Shown here: positions 29,519 through 39,505 of the stretch, in pieces | How positions within the stretch are numbered: position 1 is the first letter of the stretch | Layout: every line of letters starts with the position of its first letter | Assembly: GCA_963762115.1 (NCBI GenBank) | Contig: CAVXJH010000006.1 | Coordinates: 448,001 to 512,000, forward strand | Reading direction: 5' to 3' | Length of the DNA stretch: 64,000 nucleotides | DNA from: Candidatus Babeliales bacterium | Lineage (GTDB): Bacteria; Babelota; Babeliae; Babelales; JANWKD01 | The notes under the pieces: generated by a model | Databases searched by the model: none | The model's input: only the letters and a program-made list of their open reading frames with translations | Told to the model about the DNA's origin: nothing | Translations under genes and position numbers: made by a program

Positions 29519-32146
29519 ATGTCAGCACACAAACAAGTTTATAAAAAAATATTAGATAATGGTTTAACTATTTTAGTAAGACCCAATCATATCATTCCTA
29601 AGACTTCTCTTCAACTTTGGTATAACGTTGGATCTAAAGATGAGAAAACGGGAGAAAGGGGAATTGCTCATCTCATTGAGCACATGATCTTTAAGGGAAC
29701 TGATACGTTGTCAGAATCTGACATTAATATGATTACTCACAAGCTTTCAGGATCATGCAATGCTTTTACTTCGTATGATTATACCGGTTATTTGTTTGAT
29801 TTTCCGAGTCATCATTGGCATGAAGGTCTCACGATTATGGCAGATTGTATGCGTAATTGTACCTTTAAACAAGAATTCTTAAATTCAGAAATGAAGGCAG
29901 TTGTTCAAGAGTTAAAAATGTACCGCGATAATTATATATCGTCATTAATTCAACAGATGATTTCATCGATCTTTGGTGATCATCCTTATCATTATCCGGT
30001 GATTGGTTTTAAACAAGATTTATGGAATTTGAAACGTGATGCATTAGTATCTTTTTATCAAAAACACTATATTCCCAATAATGCTACATTGGTTGTTGTG
30101 GGGGATGTTAACCCTGATGAAGTTTTTGACTTTGCTCAAACAGTCTTTGGACCAATTGAACCAAATTGGGATTATAAAAAAGAAGAATTTTATCATGGTA
30201 CTGATATAGAAAATACTTCGATTACCTTATATCGTGATGTGAGTAATCCTACGATTGCTTGGGCATTTACTGTTCCTGGCGCTCGCGCCGGCTACGATTA
30301 TGTATATGATGTGCTTTCGCTTGTGCTTGGCTCGGGAAAAGCATCACGTTTGCATAAAAAATTACAAGATGAGTTGCAATTGGTTACGAGCATTGAAACC
30401 TTCATCTATGATTTTTTTGATTATGGTTTATTTTATTGCATGTTTCAGCCTAAAGATCAAAGGGTAATTGAACAAATTAAAACAATTATCTTTGAAGAAA
30501 TTGAGGCAATTATTGCCAATGGTTTGAGTGAACAAGAATTAATGCGAGCGACCAAGCAAGTTCAGAATGATTATTTATCAGTGTTGGAAAATAATCAAAA
30601 ACAAGCGTATACGATTGGTGAATCATTCTTGGCAACGGGCAATGATGAATATTTAACGACGTATTTAGAATATCCTTTTGAGCAGATAGAACCGACTATT
30701 AAGAAAATTCTTTCAGAATATTTCCGTGATTGTTTGATGCATACGGGTATGTTGTTGCCATTAAAGGAAACAGATAAAGATATATGGCGTTTATCTCAAG
30801 ATCGTTCAGATCAAGAAGATGCACGGATCTTATCGGGCATCACTCGTGAAGCTGAAGTTGAAGAAGGCAGCCGTGTGCATGATGTTGCTGTTGTGCCGGC
30901 GCCAATTTTTCATTTTCCAAAACCATCAAAATTTGTGTTGCCAAATGGTTTGACGGTTGTTTCATATCATAATCCCACCGTTGCAAAGATCGAGGTGCTT
31001 TTTGAATTTAAAGCGAAGCATTACAATGATCCTGAGTCATTAGAAGGATTAAGCACATTTTTGAATGCTATGTTGCTTGAGGGAACGAATACTTTGACGG
31101 CTGAAGAATTAGCGGATGCTATAGAGACGCGTGGTATGACTTTTGAATCAAGGCCGGGCTTCGCTGCTATGAGTATGTTGAGCGATGATTTTGAACGTGG
31201 ATTAGCTTTAATGCGCGAAATTTTGACCGAGGCTAATTTTCCTGAACAAGCAATCGAAAAAGTTCGTCATCAAATGAAAATTGAACTTAAAAACTTTTGG
31301 GATAATCCAACACAGTTTGTTTCCTATCTTGCGCGCAAAGAAATCTATAAAAATCATCCCTACAGTAAGTTGTCTTTGGGAACAGAAGAAAGTGTTAATA
31401 CAATTTCACGAGATGATTTAGTGAAGGTTTATCCTCATTATTTTTCACCGCAGGGTGCAGTATTGTCAATCGTTGGCGATTTAACAGGTTATGACTTAGA
31501 GGCGATACTAACAAAAATATTTGCGTCTTGGCAGTCTGAACCGGCACAAAAACCAGTATTTCCTGCTTTAGCACCTCTTGTTCCTCATGAAATTTTGTAT
31601 CCCATGAATCGAGATCAAATTGTTCTGGCATTCTCTGGTCAATCAGTGGCGAGAAATAACCCCCATTTTGATGCTTTGTTAATTTTTGATCAAATTTTTA
31701 CCGGGGGCAGTTTAGGCTCCATGAGCTCAAGGCTTTTTGAGTTACGGGAACGATCAGGGTTATTTTACACCATAGGCGGGTCTTTATTGAGTAATGCCGA
31801 TGATCAGCCTGGTATGGTATTCATCAGAACTATAGTCTCTCAGGATCGTCTACAAGAAGCGGAAGCAGCCATAAAAAAGGTAATTAATACTTCAATAACC
31901 AGTATCACTGAAGAAGAATTTCAACAAGCTAAAGATGCCTTAGCTCATTCATTAGTTGATAATTTTGAAACGAATAAGAGTATTGCAGCTAGTTTTCTCT
32001 TTTTGGAACGCTTTAAACTTCCTCAGGATTATTTTGACACAAGAGCCCAATTATTGGCCGGAATAACCATTCCAATGGTGCAGCAAGCAGTGAGCGCTAT
32101 TCTTGACACCAATAAAATGGTGACAATAAAAATTGGTCGAGTATAA
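29519..32146 (+). CDS. M16 family zinc peptidase (PqqL/insulinase-like, two-halves fusion)
   Basis: HLIEH (HxxEH), NAFTSYDYT, LRERSGLFYT; start set at ATG 29519. Confidence 0.92.
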   Translation: MSAHKQVYKKILDNGLTILVRPNHIIPKTSLQLWYNVGSKDEKTGERGIAHLIEHMIFKGTDTLSESDINMITHKLSGSCNAFTSYDYTGYLFDFPSHHWHEGLTIMADCMRNCTFKQEFLNSEMKAVVQELKMYRDNYISSLIQQMISSIFGDHPYHYPVIGFKQDLWNLKRDALVSFYQKHYIPNNATLVVVGDVNPDEVFDFAQTVFGPIEPNWDYKKEEFYHGTDIENTSITLYRDVSNPTIAWAFTVPGARAGYDYVYDVLSLVLGSGKASRLHKKLQDELQLVTSIETFIYDFFDYGLFYCMFQPKDQRVIEQIKTIIFEEIEAIIANGLSEQELMRATKQVQNDYLSVLENNQKQAYTIGESFLATGNDEYLTTYLEYPFEQIEPTIKKILSEYFRDCLMHTGMLLPLKETDKDIWRLSQDRSDQEDARILSGITREAEVEEGSRVHDVAVVPAPIFHFPKPSKFVLPNGLTVVSYHNPTVAKIEVLFEFKAKHYNDPESLEGLSTFLNAMLLEGTNTLTAEELADAIETRGMTFESRPGFAAMSMLSDDFERGLALMREILTEANFPEQAIEKVRHQMKIELKNFWDNPTQFVSYLARKEIYKNHPYSKLSLGTEESVNTISRDDLVKVYPHYFSPQGAVLSIVGDLTGYDLEAILTKIFASWQSEPAQKPVFPALAPLVPHEILYPMNRDQIVLAFSGQSVARNNPHFDALLIFDQIFTGGSLGSMSSRLFELRERSGLFYTIGGSLLSNADDQPGMVFIRTIVSQDRLQEAEAAIKKVINTSITSITEEEFQQAKDALAHSLVDNFETNKSIAASFLFLERFKLPQDYFDTRAQLLAGITIPMVQQAVSAILDTNKMVTIKIGRV

Positions 32147-32162
32147 AAAACTGTTGTTTTAA

Positions 32163-32190
32163 TTGCTTTTTGTGTTGTTTTTTTTATAAT
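32163..32190 (+). promoter_or_regulatory. putative sigma70 promoter for efp-nusB
   Basis: TTGCTT (32163-32168), 16 nt, TATAAT (32185-32190). Confidence 0.5.
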
Positions 32191-32272
32191 TATAAGACAC
32201 GGTCCTTAGTAATAAGGATCGTGCTTTATTGAAAAACAGTTGATATTTTTTTTGGTTAGAAAGGTAATACTT

Positions 32273-32839
32273 GTGATTTCGACTTCTGATTTTAGAAAAG
32301 GGTCTAAAATATTATTCCGTGGTGCACCCTATGCGGTTGTTGACTTTCAATGGGTCAAGCCAGGAAAAGGTGGGGCCTTTATTCGTACCAAAATGAAAAA
32401 TATGATGACTGGCCTTGTCCATGAAGAAACGTTTAGATCTGGTGAGAAATTAGAAGAACCTGATTTGGAATATCGCGATATGCAATATCTCTATCAAGAA
32501 GGTGATTTATACCACTTTTTAGATCAAGAGAGTTATGAACAGGTTTCATTCAATAAAGATCAATTATCTGATGTTGAAAACTTCTTAAAAGAGCAAGAAG
32601 TATATACGGTTCTTAATTTTGACGGTAAACCGATTGCGGTAACTCCCACTCTTTTCATGGAATTAAAAGTTGTTGAAACAATGCCAGGTGTTCGTGGTGA
32701 CACGGCGCAAGGTGGCGCAACAAAACCTGCAACCTTGGAAACAGGCCTTGTTGTACTAGTTCCTTTGTTTGTTAATGAAGGCGATGTTGTCAAAATTGAT
32801 ACTCGTGATTCTAGTTACATTGAGCGAGTAAAGAAATAA
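32273..32839 (+). CDS. efp: elongation factor P
   Basis: VKPGKGGAF, PGVRGDT, KPATLETG, VPLFV, IDTR; GTG start 32273 after GAAAGG. Confidence 0.97.
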   Translation: MISTSDFRKGSKILFRGAPYAVVDFQWVKPGKGGAFIRTKMKNMMTGLVHEETFRSGEKLEEPDLEYRDMQYLYQEGDLYHFLDQESYEQVSFNKDQLSDVENFLKEQEVYTVLNFDGKPIAVTPTLFMELKVVETMPGVRGDTAQGGATKPATLETGLVVLVPLFVNEGDVVKIDTRDSSYIERVKK

Positions 32840-32867
32840 ACCATAATTGATTTGTTAGGAGCCTTCC

Positions 32868-33380
32868 TTGTCTACATATTTAGGGATTGAAAATAAAGAA
32901 GAAGAGGGTATGGTGAAAGCTGATTTGTCAGATCGTTTATACACTGACTTATCAAGGCGCGAGAAGCGATCATTAATATTTCATCTTTTATATGCTGCAG
33001 AAGCTTTTGATTATCAAAGTTCTTTGGAATCAATCGTTGATAATTTTAATCGGGGTTTTGGGCTTGATATTCCTTTTGAGAGCGATGTTTTTGCTGATGC
33101 ACAAGCAATTATCGAAAATCGCGATAACTTAGACGAAGAATGTAAGCCTTTGTTGAGTAATTGGCGATTTGAGCGTATTGGTATGTGTACAAAACTTATT
33201 TTGCGCTATGCTTTGTGGGAGTTACAATCAACTGATACTAACCCAACGATCATTATTAATGAAGCTGTTGAGTTGGCAAAGTGTTTTGCCGAGAAGGATG
33301 CCTATAAATTTGTTAATGGTATTCTTGATGAAGCATTGAAAAAATTTGGTAAAACTATTCCTGAAGAAATTACTCATTAA
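32868..33380 (+). CDS. nusB: transcription antitermination factor NusB
   Basis: WRFERI, ILRYALWEL, IINEAVELAK, FVNGILD. Confidence 0.93.
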   Translation: MSTYLGIENKEEEGMVKADLSDRLYTDLSRREKRSLIFHLLYAAEAFDYQSSLESIVDNFNRGFGLDIPFESDVFADAQAIIENRDNLDEECKPLLSNWRFERIGMCTKLILRYALWELQSTDTNPTIIINEAVELAKCFAEKDAYKFVNGILDEALKKFGKTIPEEITH

Positions 33381-33392
33381 TTGTTGTAAATA

Positions 33393-33425
33393 AAGCCATA
33401 TTGATCAATATGGCTTATTTTTTTT
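33393..33425 (+). terminator. intrinsic terminator after nusB
   Basis: Perfect palindrome AAGCCATATTGA/TCAATATGGCTT (33393-33416) followed by A and T8. Confidence 0.75.
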
Positions 33426-33530
33426 ACCTATCTATTTAGCATTACTCTCTAGGTAAGTATTGCCTATTTTTATTTGTATTTGTTATTCTGTTTATAGAAT
33501 TATTATTTTTGTTTTACAAGGGGTAATTTT

Positions 33531-34079
33531 ATGAATTTCAAGCGAATAATAGGTATCAGTTTTTGTTGTGGTTTGGCCATGGTGCTTTATGGGTTGGCAA
33601 GGTATCAAATGGATTATGCAGATGAGCCTGTTGTTGGCGATGGTAAAGATGTCATTCATATTCTTGCTAATCAAAAAGATTTATCAACCTTAGCCGATCT
33701 TATAAAAAAAGCTGGTTTGCATCCGATTTTAGAAAAAGCTGAATCTGTTACTCTTGTTGCACCTACCAATGACGCGTTTAATCGGTTGCGTGATATGTTG
33801 GGTGAAGATGCTTACAATCGAATTATTCATGATAAAAAGCAACTACAAAAACTTTTAAGTCATCATATCATTCCTAATAAAGAATCAACTGATGAAATGA
33901 GTACTGAAGACAAAATAAATACGCTTGAAGGTACATCTATTGGAATACATACATCATCTCAAGGAACATTGCGACTTAATGGTCGAGCATCAATCATTCC
34001 GCAAAGTTCTAATATTGATGCCAGCAATGCATTTATTCATAGTATTGATGAAGTGATTATGCCTGATACGCTTGAGTGA
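33531..34079 (+). CDS. fasciclin (FAS1) domain protein, exported
   Basis: STLADLIKKAGL, TLVAPTNDAF, ASNAFIHSIDEVIMP; N-terminal hydrophobic segment. Confidence 0.9.
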   Translation: MNFKRIIGISFCCGLAMVLYGLARYQMDYADEPVVGDGKDVIHILANQKDLSTLADLIKKAGLHPILEKAESVTLVAPTNDAFNRLRDMLGEDAYNRIIHDKKQLQKLLSHHIIPNKESTDEMSTEDKINTLEGTSIGIHTSSQGTLRLNGRASIIPQSSNIDASNAFIHSIDEVIMPDTLE

Positions 34080-34939
34080 TCAGAGGCATTGTTGTTGCTT
34101 GAATTTTTTTTATTATCGAGTGAATGAGTAACTTCAAGTTTTGTTATTTGCTCAGGGCTGATGGTAAGAATTTTTTTTGCGGCGTTTAAAAAAGCGTTTT
34201 CACTGCCGGTAACATAGTAGTGAAGATTAGGTAGTATGCTACTGTTGTTGCAAGCATTTAAAATAAACTGCTGCAGTATGAGTTCATTTGCGCTGATAAG
34301 ATTAAGTGTATTATGGGTTAATCGCCTAATGATATTTTTAATAACGTCATAATGAGTTGATCCTAAAATGAGTGTATCAATTTTTGTATCTAACAAGGGT
34401 TGAATATAGCTTAAAACTAAGGTATCAAGTTCTTCACCTTGATGAGTGCCAAATTCAATAGCAGAAGCCAAAAGTGGGCAAGCTTGTTCAAAAACAGCTG
34501 CTTCGAGGTTGTGGCTAAGAATACTTTTTTTATGCTCGCCACTATTAATCGTAGCTTGTGTAGCAATAATACCTATTTTATTATTTTTAGTGCGCTGTGC
34601 CGCTTCTTGTGACACTAAATCAACGACTCCTACAATATTTTTATTTTTAAATGTTTTTTGCAAATGTTTAAGTGCAAGAGCTGTTGCGGTATGACAAGAA
34701 ATTATAATAGTTGTTACACCTTGCTCAAGTAAAAAATGTACAATACGCTCACTATATTCTTTTATTTCTGCTAATGATTTGTTGCCATAAGGCATGTTGG
34801 CAGTGTCAGCAATATACATGCATTGTGCGATGGGTAGTGAAATAAATTGCTGAAGCACCGTAAGTCCGCCAATGCCGGAATCAAAAAAGCCTATAACACT
34901 TGAAGAATCAAGTATAATTTTTTTATTTTTTATCTTCAT
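34037..34939 (-). CDS. murI: glutamate racemase homolog (second catalytic Cys replaced by Ser)
   Basis: GFFDSGIGGLTV, PYGNK, SCHTAT, IATQATI, LGSTHY; start set at ATG 34939. Confidence 0.85.
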   Translation of the reverse strand: MKIKNKKIILDSSSVIGFFDSGIGGLTVLQQFISLPIAQCMYIADTANMPYGNKSLAEIKEYSERIVHFLLEQGVTTIIISCHTATALALKHLQKTFKNKNIVGVVDLVSQEAAQRTKNNKIGIIATQATINSGEHKKSILSHNLEAAVFEQACPLLASAIEFGTHQGEELDTLVLSYIQPLLDTKIDTLILGSTHYDVIKNIIRRLTHNTLNLISANELILQQFILNACNNSSILPNLHYYVTGSENAFLNAAKKILTISPEQITKLEVTHSLDNKKNSSNNNASDHSSVSGIITSSIL

Positions 34940-35717
34940 GATTGTTTCTTCCTTGGAGTGCAAGACAATAGTGTTGAGTAAGATAAAAATCTTCTTCAAG
35001 AAGTTCTGCTCGGTGATATTCAATGCAATATTCTGGATTTTTATTGTTAAAAAAAGCAATATTCCCGGGTTTTGTAAAATCAAAAGCGGGTAAACATTTA
35101 GGTATTTTGGGTAGCCATTGAGCAATCAAAAAGTGATGAATGGTGTCATGATTTGGTTGCATACTGTTAATGGTCACTGAAATATTGGCAATACGATCAT
35201 GGGCTGGATAAACACGTTGAAATGTGCCAAGAACCGTTTGAACAAAATCTGAATATGAGAAAAAATGATAAAAGTTATTAATTATGTCCATAGCGGGAAA
35301 GTAACTTTCAGGATCAACGGGAGTGCCGAAGGCAAAAAAAGCATTTATTTTGTGGAGAGTGTTTTTTGTTAATAGTTGTGAAGCAAGAATACCTACATTT
35401 GAACCGTGACTATGGGCGATTATATTAATTTCATGAGTAGGTGGAAAACTTTGTATCAAATTTGCAAGTCCTTGTGCGGCATATTCTCTACTTTTGTGGT
35501 TATTTTTACCAGACCAATAATAGGTCATCACTGATGTTGTTTGTGCGTCAACAGATTTTTTTAGGCTTTCAAAAAAATCTCCACCTTGTGAATGCCAACC
35601 ATATTCACTCGACCAGGTGCCGGGAACAATGATATAGACAGTTTGTACTGTATAACAAAGTGGAGAAAAAAAGAGAATGAATAAAAGAAAAATGGTATTT
35701 TGATGCATCATTTCCAA
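34923..35717 (-). CDS. secreted alpha/beta-hydrolase fold protein
   Basis: IIVPGTW, WSG, AHSHGSN nucleophile elbow, FGTP, D..Q; signal peptide. Confidence 0.75.
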   Translation of the reverse strand: MEMMHQNTIFLLFILFFSPLCYTVQTVYIIVPGTWSSEYGWHSQGGDFFESLKKSVDAQTTSVMTYYWSGKNNHKSREYAAQGLANLIQSFPPTHEINIIAHSHGSNVGILASQLLTKNTLHKINAFFAFGTPVDPESYFPAMDIINNFYHFFSYSDFVQTVLGTFQRVYPAHDRIANISVTINSMQPNHDTIHHFLIAQWLPKIPKCLPAFDFTKPGNIAFFNNKNPEYCIEYHRAELLEEDFYLTQHYCLALQGRNNHEDKK

Positions 35718-35782
35718 TAATAATTATTTTAAGATAGGTATTTTAAAATAATTATATCGAAAAAAAAATATTTTAAAAAATT

Positions 35783-35995
35783 CTATTTTTTTTCAAGTTT
35801 TTTTAATGTTTCTAGCTCAAAAGTATCAGTGATTCCTTGGCTATTATTGCTATTCTTTTTTTGTCGACTTTCCCATGCAGCTTGTTCTTTTGCGAGCCTT
35901 ATAAGAAAAGGGGTTTTTTCTTTGTTTGTATGCATTGCTTGAGCATCAACGATAAGAAAAATAATTCCCATGAGAAAAATAGAATGAATTTTCAT
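35783..35995 (-). CDS. small secreted hypothetical protein
   Basis: MK-hydrophobic-AQA|M signal peptide; AAGG SD upstream. Confidence 0.55.
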   Translation of the reverse strand: MKIHSIFLMGIIFLIVDAQAMHTNKEKTPFLIRLAKEQAAWESRQKKNSNNSQGITDTFELETLKKLEKK

Positions 35996-36086
35996 TGTTT
36001 TACCTTTAGTTTTTTATTTTATTTCAACAATTATGATTGTAATAAAAAATGAAACAAATGAAAATAGATGTAGAGAATTAGAAAAT

Positions 36087-36117
36087 AAAAAAAGGAGCAG
36101 ATTTCTCTGCTCCTTTT
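36087..36117 (-). terminator. intrinsic terminator after rpsA-ndk
   Basis: AAAAGGAGCAGA-4nt-TCTGCTCCTTTT inverted repeat with T7 on the minus strand. Confidence 0.85.
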
Positions 36118-36144
36118 AAAATGCTTTATAAAAAAAGTATTTTT

Positions 36145-36555
36145 TTATGCAAGTTCTGGAAAGAACTGTTTAATTTCAATGACTGCTGTTTCAGGTGCAT
36201 CAGAACCGTGAGCAACATTAAAATCAAGTGACTTGCCATATAATTTACGAATAGTTCCTTCAGCTGCTTTTAATGGGTCAGTTGCACCCATTACATCACG
36301 CCATGCTTTAATAGCATTGTCTTTTTTCAAAACAAGAACTATTGCAGGTCCAGCAATGATGTTATTTACCAAGCCACTAAAGAATGGTTTTTCTTTGTGA
36401 ATTGAGTAAAAAGTTTCAGCTTGATCTTTTGTTAATTGTACTTTACGCATGCCAATAATTTCAAAACCGTTATCTTCAATAAAGCTAATAACTGCGCCAC
36501 TGTTTTTTTCAGCAACGGCATGAGGTTTAATAATGGCAAATGTTTTTTCTATCAT
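36145..36555 (-). CDS. ndk: nucleoside diphosphate kinase
   Basis: TFAIIKP, WRDVMGATDP, GTIR, NVAHGSD. Confidence 0.97.
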   Translation of the reverse strand: MIEKTFAIIKPHAVAEKNSGAVISFIEDNGFEIIGMRKVQLTKDQAETFYSIHKEKPFFSGLVNNIIAGPAIVLVLKKDNAIKAWRDVMGATDPLKAAEGTIRKLYGKSLDFNVAHGSDAPETAVIEIKQFFPELA

Positions 36556-36557
36556 GA

Positions 36558-38420
36558 TTACCTTTCATTGCCTGATGATTGATCATTTGAACCTTTACGA
36601 GCTGCAAGCTTTTCAAGTTCAATTTGAAGCAATGATTTTGGTTTTGATCCTGGTGATTGTTGCTGAGGAGCTTGCTGTTGGTATTGTTCAGATGAACGTT
36701 TTTCTTTTTTAGGAGCTCTTTCAGTTGGCTGTGAAGGCATAGCTTCTTTTTTAGCTTTTTTCTCTTTAACGTCTTCGTCATCAGTTAATTTAAGACTTAA
36801 GCCAAGCTTGTGCTCTTCTCTGCTCACTTTAATAACTCTGAAAGAATATTTTTGTCCTACGTTCAATATTTCATTAACATTTTCAACGTTTTGTTTTGAA
36901 AGTTCAGAAATATGCACGAGGCCTTCAATACCAATTGGCAATTTAATGAATGCGCCAAAGTTAGTAATCTTTGAAACTTCGCCTTCAATGATTTTGCCTA
37001 CTGGGTATTCTTGTTCAATCATTTCCCAAGGATTTGGTTGAAGTTGTTTGATGCCCAATGAAATTCGTTTATTCGCTTCATCAATTGCTAGAACAACTGC
37101 TTCAACATCTTCACCTTTTTTATAAATATCGCTTGGATGAGTAACATGTTCTGTCCATGATAAGTCAGAAATATGTACTAAGCCATCAATACCAGGTATT
37201 AGCTGAACAAAAACACCAAAATCAGTGATATTGCTGATGCTGCCTTTGATCTTTTGACCAATCTTAAATTGTTCACCGATTGCTTGCCATGGATTTTTTT
37301 GAAGTTGTTTGATACTGAGTGACATTCTTCTATTTTCTTTATCCATAGAAACAATAAGCACTTCAATAACTTCGCCAACTTTGAAATGTTTATGTAAGTC
37401 ATGAATTCTATCGGTCCATGAAATTTCGGAAATATGAACGAGTCCTTCAACACCTTTTTGAATTTCAATAAAGAGGCCATAGTCGGTGATGCTGGAAATT
37501 TTGCCTTTGATTTTTGAACCAATGACGAAATCATCGCTAATATTTGCCCATGGATTGTCGGTTAATTGTTTCATGCCAAGTGAAATTTTTTCATTGTTAG
37601 GATCGAATGAAAGTACTTTGACAGAAATTTTGTCACCAATCTTCAACAATTCGCTTGGATGTGAAATACGTCCCCATGTCATATCGGTAATGTGAAGAAG
37701 ACCATCAACGCCGCCAATATCAATGAATGCGCCATAATTAGTGATATTCTTAACGATACCTTGAATGACTTGATCAACAGTAAGGCCATCAAGTACCTTC
37801 TTGCGGGATTCTTGGCGTTGATCATTAAGGAATTTACGGCGTGAAATGATTACATTACCACGTTTTTGGTTAATTTTTATAATGTAGGCAGTAATGGTTT
37901 GATTTACATATTGATCAAAATCATTTACGCGTTGTACGTCAACTTGTGATCCTGGAAGGAACGCAGGTACGCCGATATCAACACTAAGTCCACCGCGAAC
38001 CTTATGGGTAACAATACCTTCAACAGGTTTGTTTTCTTCAAATAGTTTGCTGATTGAATCCCAAGCACGTAATGCTTTAGCTTTTTCATATGAAAGGCTT
38101 AAGTTGCCTTCTATATTTTCAATTTCATCAAGGATGACTTCAATTTCACAATTTGGTGTTAATTTCTTAAATTCGTGTTCTGTAAACTCATAATGAGGAA
38201 TTTGGCCAAAAGATTTGTAGCCAATATCAACCAAGACGCCATCAGAATCAGCTCTTATTACTTTGCCGATAACGATTTTACCAGGTTTGAAGAGATCGAC
38301 AATGCCTTCATAGAGGGAGGCAAGTTCGTTATGTTGCTCTTGGTTTAACTGAAGCGCTTCATCAAGCGACTCCTGTTTAACATGAGCAAATTGATTACTT
38401 CGTATTATTTCTTTTGACAT
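36558..38420 (-). CDS. rpsA: 30S ribosomal protein S1
   Basis: Six S1 repeats (AFLPGSQV, GGVDGLLHITD, EGLVHISEI...); start set at ATG 38420 after AAGGAG. Confidence 0.96.
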   Translation of the reverse strand: MSKEIIRSNQFAHVKQESLDEALQLNQEQHNELASLYEGIVDLFKPGKIVIGKVIRADSDGVLVDIGYKSFGQIPHYEFTEHEFKKLTPNCEIEVILDEIENIEGNLSLSYEKAKALRAWDSISKLFEENKPVEGIVTHKVRGGLSVDIGVPAFLPGSQVDVQRVNDFDQYVNQTITAYIIKINQKRGNVIISRRKFLNDQRQESRKKVLDGLTVDQVIQGIVKNITNYGAFIDIGGVDGLLHITDMTWGRISHPSELLKIGDKISVKVLSFDPNNEKISLGMKQLTDNPWANISDDFVIGSKIKGKISSITDYGLFIEIQKGVEGLVHISEISWTDRIHDLHKHFKVGEVIEVLIVSMDKENRRMSLSIKQLQKNPWQAIGEQFKIGQKIKGSISNITDFGVFVQLIPGIDGLVHISDLSWTEHVTHPSDIYKKGEDVEAVVLAIDEANKRISLGIKQLQPNPWEMIEQEYPVGKIIEGEVSKITNFGAFIKLPIGIEGLVHISELSKQNVENVNEILNVGQKYSFRVIKVSREEHKLGLSLKLTDDEDVKEKKAKKEAMPSQPTERAPKKEKRSSEQYQQQAPQQQSPGSKPKSLLQIELEKLAARKGSNDQSSGNER

Positions 38421-38593
38421 GTAAAAGATACTCCTTGGAGTAGTGTGGTTAAAGGGGTTAAACAATTCAAATATTAATTAGAAATAGGGTATCATTAAAT
38501 TGCTTAATTGGCAAATTTAACAATAGCTAACTTTGAATTATTTGCACTTTACAAGATTTATTTTTGATTGATTTATAAACACTATAAGAATAA

Positions 38594-39493
38594 TTAATTT
38601 CCCCTTTTGTCGCCAGAATTGTCATATCTTTCTAGTAATTTAATAACTTTTGTAATAAAATTTTGAAAATTTGATGGTGGTTCGTCTAATTCTCGAATTA
38701 TTTTATGGGTGTAATGCAAAGGGCCAGAGGGAATAAATTTTGCATTTCCACAATTAAAATGATCATAGGCAGGACAGAAACAAACTGGCAAGGGGATACC
38801 TTTATTGATGATAGCTCCCTTTTTTAGTAAAAATTTTAATCTTGATAGTCTTTTCTTAAAATCTTTATTTCTTTCAATAAGAGATTCGATGATATTATTT
38901 GGTAATGATATTTTTTTGCTCAATAAAAAAGATACAGGTTCAGTTGAATCGAGATATTCACAAGCATTTTTCATGAGTTGTTCAGAAGATACAATGTCGG
39001 TATATTCTATGTTTGGGCCCCAAAAAGATCTTTTTGCCGAACTTCCTTCTACTATTTTTTTGTATTCTTGATCAAAAAACTTTAAAACGGTTTTATCTTT
39101 TTCATTGAGGTATTCATGCATAAGCATAGCATGTACTATCGTGGCTTTTTCATACAATTTTAATGTTTCATCTTTATTGTTTTTAAGATTGTTGGTTGCG
39201 ATATAGAGTTGTAGTTCTAGTAAATCATGTGCAGGAAATTGTTGAATGGTTTTTGATAGAGAATATATGTCTTGGCATGAAATATGTATTTTAAAAAGTT
39301 CTAATGAAAGTTCACTTGGCAATACAACATTTTCTAATTTTTCCATTGATTCGCTGTTTTTATTTTTTGAAAAACTTTTTATACATAATTCTGTTAAGCG
39401 AAGAGGTTGTTTTAATTCATTCATCGGATAACAATTAAAATTATGGGATATCCCAAAAAGCAAAAGAAAATAAAGATGATTATTTTTTAACAT
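38594..39493 (-). CDS. secreted hypothetical protein with degenerate ankyrin-like segments
   Basis: Signal peptide ending CYP|M; FLLKKGAIIN and GPLHY...VIKLLE resemble ankyrin consensus fragments. Confidence 0.55.
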   Translation of the reverse strand: MLKNNHLYFLLLFGISHNFNCYPMNELKQPLRLTELCIKSFSKNKNSESMEKLENVVLPSELSLELFKIHISCQDIYSLSKTIQQFPAHDLLELQLYIATNNLKNNKDETLKLYEKATIVHAMLMHEYLNEKDKTVLKFFDQEYKKIVEGSSAKRSFWGPNIEYTDIVSSEQLMKNACEYLDSTEPVSFLLSKKISLPNNIIESLIERNKDFKKRLSRLKFLLKKGAIINKGIPLPVCFCPAYDHFNCGNAKFIPSGPLHYTHKIIRELDEPPSNFQNFITKVIKLLERYDNSGDKRGN

Positions 39494-39505
39494 AGTTATA
39501 CTTTC

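Noticed and set aside
34037..34079. 43-nt convergent overlap of murI and fasciclin 3' ends as antisense regulation
   Set aside because: The murI tail is low-complexity run-on sequence; most simply explained by stop-codon drift
34940..35125. 62-aa N-terminal extension of murI in the ORF track
   Set aside because: Overlaps the upstream hydrolase gene; the AAGGAAG SD supports ATG 34939
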